Below, one piece after another: positions 21,791-31,669 of a stretch of DNA of 64,000 bases (positions are counted from its first letter, which is position 1; every line of letters starts with the position of its first letter). This stretch comes from Ostreococcus lucimarinus (Eukaryota). The DNA lies in assembly GCA_000092065.1 (NCBI GenBank), contig CP000587.1. One strand, given 5' to 3'. The position numbers and the translations under genes are program-made. The notes below the pieces were generated by a model. That model was not told where the DNA came from, ran no database searches, and was given only the letters and a program-made list of their open reading frames with translations.

Positions 21791-22052
21791 CGCGCGTATA
21801 CCACCGCGAAAACGCCCATCGAGGGTGGACGCGCGTATACCACCGCGAAAACGCCCATCGAGGGTGGTCGCGCGGACGCGCGTATATTACCGCGAAAACG
21901 CCCATCGAGGTGGCGAGCGGACGCGCGTATATTACCGCGAAAACGCCCATCGAGGGTGGCGAGCGGACGCGCGTATATCACCGCGAAAACGCCCATCGAG
22001 GGTGGCGAGCGGACGCGCGTATATTACCGCGAAAACGCCCATCGAGGGTGGC
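21791..22052. repeat. Six tandem copies of a 39-47-bp minisatellite (core CGCGTATAYYACCGCGAAAACGCCCATCGAGGGTGG) in the divergent intergenic region
   Basis: Six units with the same core and short variable spacers. Each carries a GTATATTACC or GTATACCACC element. The array lies between the gene starting at 21560 (minus) and the PI4K gene starting at 22383 (plus). Confidence 0.85.
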
Positions 22053-22320
22053 GACCGGCCGATCGACCGTCGCGGTCGATCGACGCGTGTCGAGGGCGCG
22101 TCGGCGCGCAGAGCGCGACGCGCACGGCGCGCGACGGCGGCGGCGGCGCGCGCGCGGAGCGCTCGCGAGGGATCGCGATCGCGCGAGAGACGCGCGCGAG
22201 AGACGCGAGAGACGCGCGCGCGAAGCGCGCTTAGGGGGGGGAATTCGATCGACGCCGACGCGGTGCCCAGCGCGTGGGACGCGAGGACGCGGGGCGTCGC
22301 GCGCGCGAGCGCGAAGGGAT

Positions 22321-22380
22321 AGAGAGCGAGAGGGGGAGAGGGAGAGAGAGAGGGATTGATTTGTTGATTGATTGATTGGA
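22321..22380. repeat. (GA)n plus (GATT)n simple repeats immediately upstream of the PI4K start codon
   Basis: The run agagagcgagagggggagagggagagagagagggattgatttgttgattgattgattgg is directly visible. Confidence 0.75.
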
Positions 22381-22382
22381 CG

Positions 22383-24647
22383 ATGGCGCTGGATGATCCG
22401 GTGCCCGTGCTGGTGACGCCGCGACGAGAGGCGCGGAACACGCCGGCGCGCGTGGCGTTGGGTTTCGACGTCAAGGACGTCGTCAAGGATGTCGCGGTGG
22501 GCGGATCGAGCGATGCGGGATCGCCGACGACGGTCGTGACGTCGCCGCTCGCGCGCGCGGGATCGGGGAGCGGGGAATTCGGTGAGAGTTTGTTGAACGC
22601 GGACGAGTTGGTCGCGCCGAAGCACGACATTAGAATCATGCTGAAGAATGGGTCGTCGAAACCGGTGGAAGTTTTGCGATCGCAAATGGTGACGTCGTTG
22701 ACGCTGAGCATGAAACCCGAGTGGTTCACGAAACATAGACATGTGTTCTCGCGCTCGAGTCGACTGTTGCTCGGCGAGTCGTCTTTACCGGCTGATATCA
22801 GTCGGGACGAATTGTACAACAAGCTCGACGATCCGAACGAGTACCGCGAAGTGGTGATGAAACTCGCCGATTTGCAGTATATTCGAGTCAAGGCGGTCGT
22901 GAACGTAAACGAGGCGGGAGACATCGACGAGCGCGAGTATTGGTTGCCTCTGAATAGATCGCAAACCGTCGGCGAGATAAAGCGCTTGGTCGCCACCGCG
23001 GACGACTTGGAATCGTCCAAGGAAAAGTTGCTAGACAACGTGGACTTATCGACGGGAATGAGCATGATTTTGCGTGGTAAAGAGTTGAATAATGATTCCA
23101 CGATCGAAAGCCAAGGTTTGGAGCACAACGCGTTGATACATTTGTTCGTCAAGCGCGACGCAAACGTCAACGTGTCGATGCGCGGAAACAGCGAGTTGGA
23201 GATTCGTCTCAACGTCAATAAGACTGCGGAGACGTTTCGCGATCAACTTCACATGGTCAAGCCTGGTTCAGTGGATAGCGCGCAGTACGCCCATCGTCGA
23301 AGTGGTAGCGTTTCCATCTACCCAGGACGCGGCTTGCGAAACGGTCCCTTGAGCTCGTACGGCGGACGCGAGGGTACATCGCTCGAGTTGCGTCCGCACG
23401 TGCCGCGAATATCGCCGCGACGAAGTTCGTACACGAATTCTATGGCGATTCCATCACCACATTCCGCGTCGTTTGGTGCCCACTCCTTCGGTGGCCGCAG
23501 TATGCCTATTGCTTCTTCTTGGGGAGCAAGAGCCGCGCTGAATTCTCATCGGCAGAGCGGTAGCGTGAACGCTGACTCCATATCGCCACCAAGCGCGCCG
23601 ATAACGCCTTTCGGTAGCCCTGGTACGCTTTCAGCGTCGTTTGACATGGCGCGAGAAGGTTTACTCATGGGTAACGCCCCTCAGCTTTCGCAAGGAGGCA
23701 ACGGTGGCGCATACTTTTTGAAGGGCATCGATGGCAAACCCGCCGCCGTGTTCAAACCGGCGGACGAAGAACCGTTCGCTCCGAACAATCCGAGAGGACA
23801 CCGAAGTAGCCATAATGGCGAGGGTATGCGCAAAGGGACGAAGGCGGGCGAAGGTGCCACGCGTGAAGTTGCGGCGTACTTGCTCGATCACGGTGGTTTC
23901 GCCGGCGTTCCCGCGACGTCTCTCGTCAACTTGACGGATGGGACCGAAGAGGATGATGGAAAGCTCGGCTCGCTTCAGGAATACGTCGAAAACACCGCTG
24001 AGGCAGAGGAGTATGGCCCAAGCATGTTTCCTACGGAAGAAGTGCACAAGATTACCGTTCTCGATATTCGCTTGGCGAACACCGACCGCAACGCTGGAAA
24101 CATTTTATGCCGTAGCGACGAGAATGGCAACATCGTGGCGTTGATTCCAATCGACCACGGGTACGCACTTCCGCACACACTCGAAGACGTCTGTTTCGAG
24201 TGGGAATTCTGGCCCCAAGCATCAATTCCATACAGCGACGACGTCAAGGAGTACGTCGCTATGCTCGACGCCGACGCCGACGTCGAGTACTTGCGAGAAA
24301 ACGACATCGAGCTTCAAGCCTCCTCAGAACGCGTTCTTCGCGTGTGTACTTTGGTTCTGAAAGAAGCTGTACGCCGCAACTTCACCGCAGCGAACATAGC
24401 CTCCATGCTCAGTCGAAAGATGTCCAACAGGAAGTCGGACATTGAAAAGATTGCCGCGCAAGCGGCGTCGACGGCCATCGCCGAGGGGCGTTCCGAACGT
24501 GGTCTTTTGGTGCATAAATCGCCAGAAAACGGTTCGTTTTGGAACGACTTGGCTGACGATGAAATCGCCGAAACGCGTTTCATCGCTCAATTCACCAATA
24601 TCCTCAACGATTTCCTCGACAATTACGAACCGGAAGCCGACGGATGA
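22383..24647 (+). CDS. Type-II phosphatidylinositol 4-kinase (plant PI4K-gamma-like) with N-terminal ubiquitin-like domain(s)
   Basis: UBL-like segments occur at the N-terminus (MILRGKELNNDSTIESQGLEHNALIHLFVKR). The PI4KII catalytic core follows (GGNGGAYFLKGIDGKPAAVFKPADEEPFAPNNPRG; DRNAGNILC; IPIDHGYALP). The true ATG is at 22383. The track start at 22368 is TTG. Confidence 0.8.
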   Translation: MALDDPVPVLVTPRREARNTPARVALGFDVKDVVKDVAVGGSSDAGSPTTVVTSPLARAGSGSGEFGESLLNADELVAPKHDIRIMLKNGSSKPVEVLRSQMVTSLTLSMKPEWFTKHRHVFSRSSRLLLGESSLPADISRDELYNKLDDPNEYREVVMKLADLQYIRVKAVVNVNEAGDIDEREYWLPLNRSQTVGEIKRLVATADDLESSKEKLLDNVDLSTGMSMILRGKELNNDSTIESQGLEHNALIHLFVKRDANVNVSMRGNSELEIRLNVNKTAETFRDQLHMVKPGSVDSAQYAHRRSGSVSIYPGRGLRNGPLSSYGGREGTSLELRPHVPRISPRRSSYTNSMAIPSPHSASFGAHSFGGRSMPIASSWGARAALNSHRQSGSVNADSISPPSAPITPFGSPGTLSASFDMAREGLLMGNAPQLSQGGNGGAYFLKGIDGKPAAVFKPADEEPFAPNNPRGHRSSHNGEGMRKGTKAGEGATREVAAYLLDHGGFAGVPATSLVNLTDGTEEDDGKLGSLQEYVENTAEAEEYGPSMFPTEEVHKITVLDIRLANTDRNAGNILCRSDENGNIVALIPIDHGYALPHTLEDVCFEWEFWPQASIPYSDDVKEYVAMLDADADVEYLRENDIELQASSERVLRVCTLVLKEAVRRNFTAANIASMLSRKMSNRKSDIEKIAAQAASTAIAEGRSERGLLVHKSPENGSFWNDLADDEIAETRFIAQFTNILNDFLDNYEPEADG

Positions 24648-24910
24648 TTCCGCGAGCCCGAGGCGCCGCCTCCTCGCGCAGCGTCCGTCGCGCGCCGACG
24701 TTCGTTGTACAAACAATCGAATCGCGCACAGCGTGCAGACATTAAAACATTTGTTCATCGTACTTGTAACACATACCCACCTATATTTTATCCAACGTCT
24801 CGCCTCCGGCTTTCGCGCGTTGCCGCGCGACGCGCTATCCAAATCCAGCCGCCTTTCGCGATCGACAAGATGTCTCCACATCGCGCCGTCGTCGGCCCGT
24901 GCCTCTCGCG

Positions 24911-26950
24911 ATGGCGCCCAAGTCGTTCGAAGACATGTTCGCGTGCTCGCCCGCGTCGCTGACCAAGCTCAGGGCGTCGCACGCACCGCACGCGTCGCCG
25001 GCGGCGTCGCACGCGCGTGACTACTCGCCCATCGCGTTCCCGTCGATGCGTCGAGACGACGAAGACGAACGCGCGCGCGCGGTCGCGGGCGCGTTCGATG
25101 ACATGTTCGCGTGTTCGCCGGCGTCGCTGAAGAAGATGCGAGGATCGGCAGTGGAGCGGGCGTCGGGAGGGGTCGGGACGCCGACGGGGACGCCGACGCG
25201 GCCGACGGCGAGTCGCGAGGATTTAGCGTCGGCGTTCGGCGATATGTTTTTAGCGTCTCCGGCATCGTTGAAGAAGATGCGCGCCACGAATACGGCGGTG
25301 ACGGGAACGAAGGCGCGCGAGCGTGGGGATGGATTCGGATCGCCCTTGCGTTACGACGGCGACGCGAACGCGGCGGAGCCGAAGAAGGAAGCGGTGAGTT
25401 TCAGTGAAATGTTCGCAAGTTCTCCCTCGGATTTGGCCAAGATGCGACGGTCGGACGTCGGTGGTGCCGCGCGCGGATCTAATGTGGAGGTTGCTAAGGT
25501 GGCAGTGGACGCGCGAGAGCGCACGAATGCGTTCGCAGGCATGTTTGCCAGTTCACCGGCGGATTTGGCCAAGATGCGCGGGAGGTCGCAGTCGTCGATT
25601 TCTTACGCCGAAGGGCGGCACGGCGCGAGCGATCGATTTCAGGTTATCGCGCCTGATTTTCAAGCCATGTTTTCTAGTTCGCCGAGCGATTTGAAAAACT
25701 TGAGAAGCGCGTCGTCGTCGTCGAGGAAGAGGCTCGGCGACGAAGCTGATAGATTTGAGGTGACGTACTTGCTCCTCGCCCCTTGCGAAGCGGCAGCTCG
25801 AGAGAAGGTTTTAGAAATTTGTTTGGAACAGACTGTGGAGTTACCAGCGTCGCTCGTGCCGGAAGGGACTTGGATTCGAGAGCATGTCGTCGGTCGATTG
25901 GAGTCTTTGACGAAGCCGAAGACCGGACCGCACGCCCGTCGTCCGGACGCGTGGAACGCGATTGTCAGCTACCACGCCGACACTGCGGGTGGGGAGTTAA
26001 CACAGCTTGTGAACGTCATCTTCGGCAACACGAGCATGAAGGAGAACGTGATGGTCGTCGATATCGAACTACCTCGCACCATGCTGCGCGAGTACCCTGG
26101 GCCACGATTCGGCGTTCACGGTCTTCGTCGTTTGCTCCGCGTACCCGAAGGGCCTCTGGTGATGACGGCACTCAAACCAATGGGATTGTCTAGCCAAGAA
26201 TTAGCAGAAATTGCGTACGGTTTCGCCAAGGGAGGGATCGACATCATCAAGGATGACCACGGACTCGCAGACCAGCCGTACAGCCCTTACGACGAGCGAG
26301 TTCGAATGTGCGCTGCCGCTGTAGCGCGCGCCAACGCAGAGACCGGTCGAAACGTTCTCTACGCCCCGTGTATCAACGCTCCCGCGCATTTAATCATTTC
26401 TCGAGCGCACGCTGCGAGACAGGCGGGCGCGGGCGCGGTGTTGATGATTCCCGGCATTACGGGTTTGGACGCCATGCGTGAGCTCGCTGCAGACCCGAGC
26501 TTCAACCTCCCCATCATCGCTCATCCCGCGTTGCTCGGGTGCATGCTAGGCGGAGGGAGCACAAATAGAATAGCGGGCTTTAGTCATGAAGTCCTTCTCG
26601 GGTTATTACCGCGGTTGGCCGGTGCGGACGCCACCGTCTTCCCGTCCTTTGGCGGGCGGTTTGGATTCAGCGTGGACGAATGCAAGGCCATCAACGTCGG
26701 GTGCACGCGGGTGATGGGAGATTTGCCCGCCATTTTACCCTCTCCGGGCGGTGGCATGACGCTCGAGCGCATCGCTCAGATGCGCGAGGTGTACGGCCCC
26801 GATTTATTACTTCTCATCGGCGGTTCTTTGTACTCGCACTCGGAAAATCTCGTCGACGGCGCTCGTCACTTCATGAAACTCGCCGGACGCAAAGAGCTCT
26901 ACGGTCCGCTCGAGTGCCCGCACGACGGTTACCGCGGACATACGATGTGA
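24911..26950 (+). CDS. RuBisCO large-subunit-like protein (form IV RLP) with a 260-aa N-terminal extension made of six motif repeats
   Basis: The C-terminal 400 aa align to the RuBisCO large-subunit fold (GGIDIIKDDHGLADQPY; LPAILPSPGGGMTLERIAQMREVYGPDLLLLIGGSLYSH resembles the RbcL block [35 protein letters not shown]). The sequence diverges from bona fide RbcL in ways typical of RLPs. The N-terminus repeats F-x-[DEA]-M-F-[AL]-[CS]-S-P-[AS]-[SD]-L-x-K-[ML]-R six times. Confidence 0.75.
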   Translation: MAPKSFEDMFACSPASLTKLRASHAPHASPAASHARDYSPIAFPSMRRDDEDERARAVAGAFDDMFACSPASLKKMRGSAVERASGGVGTPTGTPTRPTASREDLASAFGDMFLASPASLKKMRATNTAVTGTKARERGDGFGSPLRYDGDANAAEPKKEAVSFSEMFASSPSDLAKMRRSDVGGAARGSNVEVAKVAVDARERTNAFAGMFASSPADLAKMRGRSQSSISYAEGRHGASDRFQVIAPDFQAMFSSSPSDLKNLRSASSSSRKRLGDEADRFEVTYLLLAPCEAAAREKVLEICLEQTVELPASLVPEGTWIREHVVGRLESLTKPKTGPHARRPDAWNAIVSYHADTAGGELTQLVNVIFGNTSMKENVMVVDIELPRTMLREYPGPRFGVHGLRRLLRVPEGPLVMTALKPMGLSSQELAEIAYGFAKGGIDIIKDDHGLADQPYSPYDERVRMCAAAVARANAETGRNVLYAPCINAPAHLIISRAHAARQAGAGAVLMIPGITGLDAMRELAADPSFNLPIIAHPALLGCMLGGGSTNRIAGFSHEVLLGLLPRLAGADATVFPSFGGRFGFSVDECKAINVGCTRVMGDLPAILPSPGGGMTLERIAQMREVYGPDLLLLIGGSLYSHSENLVDGARHFMKLAGRKELYGPLECPHDGYRGHTM

Positions 26951-26984
26951 AGTTAAAGTATCGTGTAATAACAAAGGTATAATA

Positions 26985-27536
26985 CTACCGCCACGCGTCT
27001 TCAGATACGATGCCGCGTTTCGCCGCCCACCCCACCGCCGGCGACACCAGCGTCGCCAGCATGTGCACCCCGAGCAAAGGCTGAAACAAAAACGGCCACA
27101 AAAATAACCACGTCCCCAAAAACGGTTCATCGTACGACAGCCCGTTCCCTTTGCTCAACCGCACCCCGACGCCGACGACGAGCCACGCCAGGATGAACAA
27201 GATGACGAAAAAGTCATACAACAAAAACGTATCGATCGCCTCCTTCACGCCGTCCATCGCCCCCGGCGCGGCTTTCGCGCTCGACGACGCTTCCTCCGCG
27301 CTCGTCTCGCGCGCCTTGGCCTCGGCGTAGCGCGCTATGTCGGCCTCGAGCTCGCTCGACACGTCGAAATCCCTGCGCTTGGTGATGTCATCGTCGTCGC
27401 CGTTCTCTCTCGCGCGCGGCGCGTTTCGCGCGCGTCGGCGCCCCGGCGCGGCGCCCCGGCGCGCGGTGCGTCGCGCGGGCGTCGCGCGGGCGCGCGCGGA
27501 CGCCGCGACGGCCGTCGAGGACGCGATTGAATTCAT
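26985..27536 (-). CDS. Hypothetical membrane protein (transit-peptide-like N-terminus, two TM helices), possibly thylakoid
   Basis: A 183-aa ORF from MNSIASS (ATG at 27536). It has an acidic stretch, then hydrophobic helices (FLLYDFFVILFILAWLVVGVGV; LFLWPFLFQPLLGVHMLATLV). I recognise no family. Confidence 0.45.
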   Translation of the reverse strand: MNSIASSTAVAASARARATPARRTARRGAAPGRRRARNAPRARENGDDDDITKRRDFDVSSELEADIARYAEAKARETSAEEASSSAKAAPGAMDGVKEAIDTFLLYDFFVILFILAWLVVGVGVRLSKGNGLSYDEPFLGTWLFLWPFLFQPLLGVHMLATLVSPAVGWAAKRGIVSEDAWR

Positions 27537-27627
27537 CGTCGGGGCGTTATCGCGTCGCGAAGTGACGCGCGGCGCCGACACAACGCGACGCGTCGGCGCG
27601 GCGCCCGCGGCGCGCGAGGCGGCGGCG

Positions 27628-29007
27628 ATGGCGCGCGCGGTGACGACGGCGCGCGCGCGAGCGACGGCGCGCGCGCGCGCGGTGACGGTGCGACGAAAAG
27701 ATGTCGATTTCGCGACGGCGTCGACGTCGGGACGACGACGCGCGCGGCGCGCGGCGACGACGACGCGCGCGACGGCGACGACGCGCGGCGCGACGCGCGA
27801 TGGGATCGATGGTCGCGCGCGCGCGCGCGCGGCGTCGATCGAGAGACGGGGTGAACGCGCGGCGCGAACGCGCGCGGCGGACCCGACGTTCGCCGACGCG
27901 CTGGGGGTGACGGCGGCGACGTGGGAACAAGTCGAAGGCGGCCTGTTCGGCGCGTCGTTGTTCCCGTACCTTGGATTTCTGTATTTTTTGGCCAAGCCGG
28001 AGGCGAGGTGCCCGCGCGGGACGCTTTTCGGATTCAAATTCTTGCTCGCGTTTGTGTTCGGGACGATTCCGTTCGCGATTTACGCAAAGGTCGAGTACGA
28101 CGAGATATTGGCGAACGTCGACGTGCTGCACGGGGTGGCGGAGTCGCTCCTGACGATGACGAATGTTTTCATCGTGCTCGGGTTTCGGCAAGGCCTGCGC
28201 GACGCGAGCGAGGGGGGAGATGGAGACGGCAGGCGGCGGAGGAAGACGAGTTTGGGCGACATCGGCGCGGCGTTGTTTTGCACGCTCGCGACGTCGAGCG
28301 CTATTTTCGGCGCGACGGAGGCGTTTGCGGGAACGGAGATCGCTGAAACGGCAGCGATTTGGGATTCCACGTGGCCGCACGTCGAGCCTGCGAACGCGTT
28401 GAGCTTGCCCACGTGGGTGATTCACGTGTCGAGCTTGGTCGAGTGGTTGATCGCGATGGGATTGGCGTGGGAATACGCAGAGGTGACCAAGAGACCGGCG
28501 TGGAAGGGCTTGACACTCGGGATGATCCCGTGTCACGCCTCCGGCATCGCGGCGTGTACGTTTCACTTGTTCTACAACGCCCCGGCGCTAAACAGCGTCG
28601 TGGCGATGCAAGCGCTCTTGACCGTCGTCGGCAACACCACGTGCGCGCTCGCGTCGTATCGCATCGCCAAGGAGGGCGAACGAATGTTGGCGTCGCCGCC
28701 GACGACGACGGAGCCGGAGACGGACGTCAACGACGAAGTGGAAATCATCGAGATCTCCATCGGTAACGAGTCTTTGAAGGGTTGGGAAGATTTAAGCGCC
28801 GCGTGGGCCGCGGATTCCGACGCCGTGCTCTTGCTCAAGCTCGCCTTAGTCTCCGCCGTCGCCTCCGCAGGCGTCAAGTACGGCTCGCTCCTCGTCGATT
28901 TCCCGTTCGAACCAAACCTTTGGGTGGCGTATTCCATCATATTTGTCCCGACGCTGTTGAATTGCGCCAAGTGGAAGCAATTGAGCGACGAAGGCGCCGC
29001 CTTGTAA
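27628..29007 (+). CDS. Chloroplast-type membrane protein with DUF3593-like and DUF2499-like halves
   Basis: Transit-peptide-like N-terminus. Conserved blocks include FPYLGFLYFLAKP, PTWVIHVSSLVEWLIAMGLAWEY, and GMIPCHASGIAACTFHLFYN. These are reminiscent of a cyanobacterial/plant DUF3593+DUF2499 pair. I assign the family from memory only. Start is at the ATG at 27628. Confidence 0.55.
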   Translation: MARAVTTARARATARARAVTVRRKDVDFATASTSGRRRARRAATTTRATATTRGATRDGIDGRARARAASIERRGERAARTRAADPTFADALGVTAATWEQVEGGLFGASLFPYLGFLYFLAKPEARCPRGTLFGFKFLLAFVFGTIPFAIYAKVEYDEILANVDVLHGVAESLLTMTNVFIVLGFRQGLRDASEGGDGDGRRRRKTSLGDIGAALFCTLATSSAIFGATEAFAGTEIAETAAIWDSTWPHVEPANALSLPTWVIHVSSLVEWLIAMGLAWEYAEVTKRPAWKGLTLGMIPCHASGIAACTFHLFYNAPALNSVVAMQALLTVVGNTTCALASYRIAKEGERMLASPPTTTEPETDVNDEVEIIEISIGNESLKGWEDLSAAWAADSDAVLLLKLALVSAVASAGVKYGSLLVDFPFEPNLWVAYSIIFVPTLLNCAKWKQLSDEGAAL

Positions 29008-29057
29008 CAACAACGAATTGCTGTAGAGCGCGCCGCTCTCACCGGCGCGCCGTGACA

Positions 29058-29573
29058 ATGACGGACCGACCGTCCACGAGCGGCGCGAACGACGAAGACG
29101 AAGACGACACCGCGCGCGCGCTTCGCCGAGCCCTGGGCGCGACGAAACACGCGCCAGAACTGCGCGAGTTTTTGCTTTCGCTCGGCATTCGCGACCCTCC
29201 GTCCGACTCAAAAACTTTCGCCCCGAGCTGCGAGTACGTCAATTTCAGGCCGCACGGGTTATCGCTGTGCTTCGAGGGCGGGAAGCTGGACTGCGTGCAC
29301 TGCTACGCGGGGTGCGATGGGTTCGGGACGTACGCGGGCGGTTTGCCGACGGGCGTGGCGCTGACGAGCGCGGCGGCGGACGTCGTGCGGAAACTCGGCG
29401 AGCCGACGAGCAAGGGAGGGCAAGGCAGGATGATTTGGTTGTCGTACGATCATCTAGGGGTGAAATTCGACGTCGCGGCGAGTGGGTGGGACGAGCCGGA
29501 CGCGCGGCTGACGTCGGTGGCGATTTGGGACGCGAGCGGTTACGGCGAAGACGACGTAGCCGCGAAAAAGTAG
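29058..29573 (+). CDS. Hypothetical Cys-containing small protein
   Basis: A 171-aa ORF from MTDRPSTS (ATG at 29058) with cysteines in CVHC and CDGFG contexts. Function unknown. Confidence 0.45.
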   Translation: MTDRPSTSGANDEDEDDTARALRRALGATKHAPELREFLLSLGIRDPPSDSKTFAPSCEYVNFRPHGLSLCFEGGKLDCVHCYAGCDGFGTYAGGLPTGVALTSAAADVVRKLGEPTSKGGQGRMIWLSYDHLGVKFDVAASGWDEPDARLTSVAIWDASGYGEDDVAAKK

Positions 29574-29651
29574 ATGTAATGCGTAGTTTAGTACCGTAGA
29601 TAGCACAGAGTTCGACTAGTTTGCTATTTTGACGACGAAACGAGTCGTCGA

Positions 29652-30542
29652 TCATTTCTTGCGCCGCTTGCGACCACCCTCCGCGCGCGTGCGCTGTGGC
29701 TTGTTGCCATCCTTGCTCGCCTCCGCCTTGGCGCGTTCACTTCGCTCGACGAGTTTTTGAGCGTGATTCTTGATGTAAATCGGATCTTTAGTCACTGGAA
29801 GTTCTTTCTTTGGAATGTGCACGGGCGTGCGAGCTTTCTTTGAAGACGACGAACTCGACGAACTCGAACTCGAACTCGACGAACTCGAACTCGAACTCGA
29901 ACTCGAACTCGAATCACTATCGTTTCCATCGTCAGATTCATTCAAGAAGAAGTCGTCCTGCTCGGCATCTATCGCAGCATCGCCTTGCGCCGCCATGTCC
30001 GCGCCGCCCTCGTTCTCGTCTCCGAGCGCCGCCGACGCCGCCAAGTTCGCCTTGACCAATTTCCGGAGCCTCGCGCGTTCCTTCGTCGCGTGTTCTGTAT
30101 CTCCCTCCTTCACCAACACGCTCACATACTTCTCCCCTCTTGGAAAGTTCATCACGTACTCTAAATCTTCCTTCACTTGCGCCAATTCGTCTAATTCATC
30201 CGCGCCCAACGCCCCGTCGTCGTCTCGCTTCTTCTCGAGTTGCTCCTTTCGCCGCGTCAACTTTACCCGCTCGAAAAACTTCACCTTGTGATACTTGGTC
30301 GACAGTTTCTTCTCCCGTTCGATTCGAGCGTTCTCTTTCCCAGCATCTCGCAGCTTTTCCAGCTCGCGCGCTTTTTCCTCGCGCAGTTTCGGCGGTATTC
30401 CTTCGCGCTTGAGGAGGCGCTCGATGCTTCGAATTTGATTCTTCACGCTCGGACGCTTGGCGGCGGCGTGTTTACCGCCCGTGCGCTTGACCCATTTGCG
30501 CTTGACGCCACCCTCGGGCGCTCTTTCGTTTTGCGGGCGCAT
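29652..30542 (-). CDS. rRNA-processing protein EFG1-like (nucleolar, basic coiled-coil) with an internal poly-Ser tract
   Basis: The N-terminal block KNQIRSIERLLKREGIPPKLREEKARELEKL resembles the EFG1 family. The protein is K/R/E-rich and ends KRRKK. A poly-Ser run is encoded by the (GAACTC)n repeat. Confidence 0.45.
   Translation of the reverse strand: MRPQNERAPEGGVKRKWVKRTGGKHAAAKRPSVKNQIRSIERLLKREGIPPKLREEKARELEKLRDAGKENARIEREKKLSTKYHKVKFFERVKLTRRKEQLEKKRDDDGALGADELDELAQVKEDLEYVMNFPRGEKYVSVLVKEGDTEHATKERARLRKLVKANLAASAALGDENEGGADMAAQGDAAIDAEQDDFFLNESDDGNDSDSSSSSSSSSSSSSSSSSSSSSSSSKKARTPVHIPKKELPVTKDPIYIKNHAQKLVERSERAKAEASKDGNKPQRTRAEGGRKRRKK
29848..29915. repeat. (GAGTTC/GAACTC)n hexanucleotide microsatellite encoding poly-Ser inside the EFG1-like gene
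   Basis: The sequence is gacgaactcgacgaactcgaactcgaactc... . About 11 units are visible directly. Confidence 0.8.
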
Positions 30543-30752
30543 CGGCGACGGAACGGGGACCGAGCGCGCGAGACAGTGTCGGCGTGGCGTGTCGAAAAAA
30601 GTGGCGGCTGCGTTTGCTCGGGCGCAAAGAAGTGCATTTTAATTTTCGTTTACATTCGCGCCTTTCGGACGAGATAAGCTATACAATGAGCAGAGTTAAC
30701 AAGTAACAAGTAATGATCGCGCGCGCGCGCGCCGTCAAACGTGAAGCTCGCT

Positions 30753-31295
30753 CTACCCGAAGAGCGCGCGCCCGGTGAGCATTTGAGTCGACCGCGAAGA
30801 GCCTCTGCTCATGCGCGGCGAGGCGTTCATCTCCAAGTGCAACTTCATCGCCATCTGTTCGTCCGTCAACTCTTTCGGTTCCGCGTTAGAATCGTCGTCG
30901 TCATCTTCGTCAGATTTCAACGCCTGTGTCGTCGAGCGATCGCGTTTCGTCGACAGCTTCTTCTTCTTCTTCTCCGTCGTCGCCGTCGCCGTGTTGAGCG
31001 ACGAAGAGCTCATATTCCGCGGTCCCTTCTTACTCTTCGTCGACGCCGACGCGCCACCGTTTTCTCTATCGCTACTGCCTCCGTCCACATCGTATCGCTC
31101 CTCGCTCACGATCTCCAACGCCTTGCCCAACAACCGCGGGTCCCGCAGCGCCGTTCGCACGTACGCCTCCCCCGCGAGACGCGCCTTCTTACTCCCCAAA
31201 TCCGTCGGCGAGTGCGCCACGTCTCGCAGCACGCACGCCAAGCGTTTTCGCGGCGGCAGCGTGTGCACTTCCGCCGAAGCGTACAAGAAATCCAT
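30753..31295 (-). CDS. Hypothetical nuclear protein (basic/acidic low-complexity tail)
   Basis: A 180-aa ORF from MDFLYASAEVH (ATG at 31295). The ORF-track start at 31322 is TTG. It has a K-rich and D/E-rich C-terminal half. Confidence 0.4.
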   Translation of the reverse strand: MDFLYASAEVHTLPPRKRLACVLRDVAHSPTDLGSKKARLAGEAYVRTALRDPRLLGKALEIVSEERYDVDGGSSDRENGGASASTKSKKGPRNMSSSSLNTATATTEKKKKKLSTKRDRSTTQALKSDEDDDDDSNAEPKELTDEQMAMKLHLEMNASPRMSRGSSRSTQMLTGRALFG

Positions 31296-31669
31296 CGCGA
31301 TTCGGACGATTCGTCGGCGCAATTTCCGACGTCACCCGCGATTCAGCGCGCCGCCGTCGCGAACGAGTCGCGGCGTCGTCTCGGCGATTCTCGCGGCGTC
31401 GAGGGACGCAAAACGTGCGCGCCGCGTTCGAATCTCCCTCGGCGAGCGATCTCGCGTCGCGTCGAGCGTTTCGCGCGGCGACGGGGAATGCGGCGTCGGC
31501 GGCCCGATCGCCCGCCGGCGCCGCCAGCGCACGGCGGCGACCTGTAACAACGCGCTCGACGACGAACGCGAACGGACAGCTTCGAGTTTATGCGTTTATT
31601 ACATAGTCTTCGGAACTAGTAGCGTATGGGAAACCGTAAAAAGTTTCCGAAATCGCTTCATCTAGCCAC

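Noticed and set aside
24911-26950. Bona fide RuBisCO large subunit (nuclear copy of rbcL)
   Set aside because: The similarity is confined to the fold and to a few blocks. Characteristic RbcL strings (for example the GGLDFTKDDENVNSQPF context and the C-terminal loop-6 region) are substituted. The protein also carries a large non-RbcL N-terminal extension. An RLP (form IV) is the better call pending a tree.
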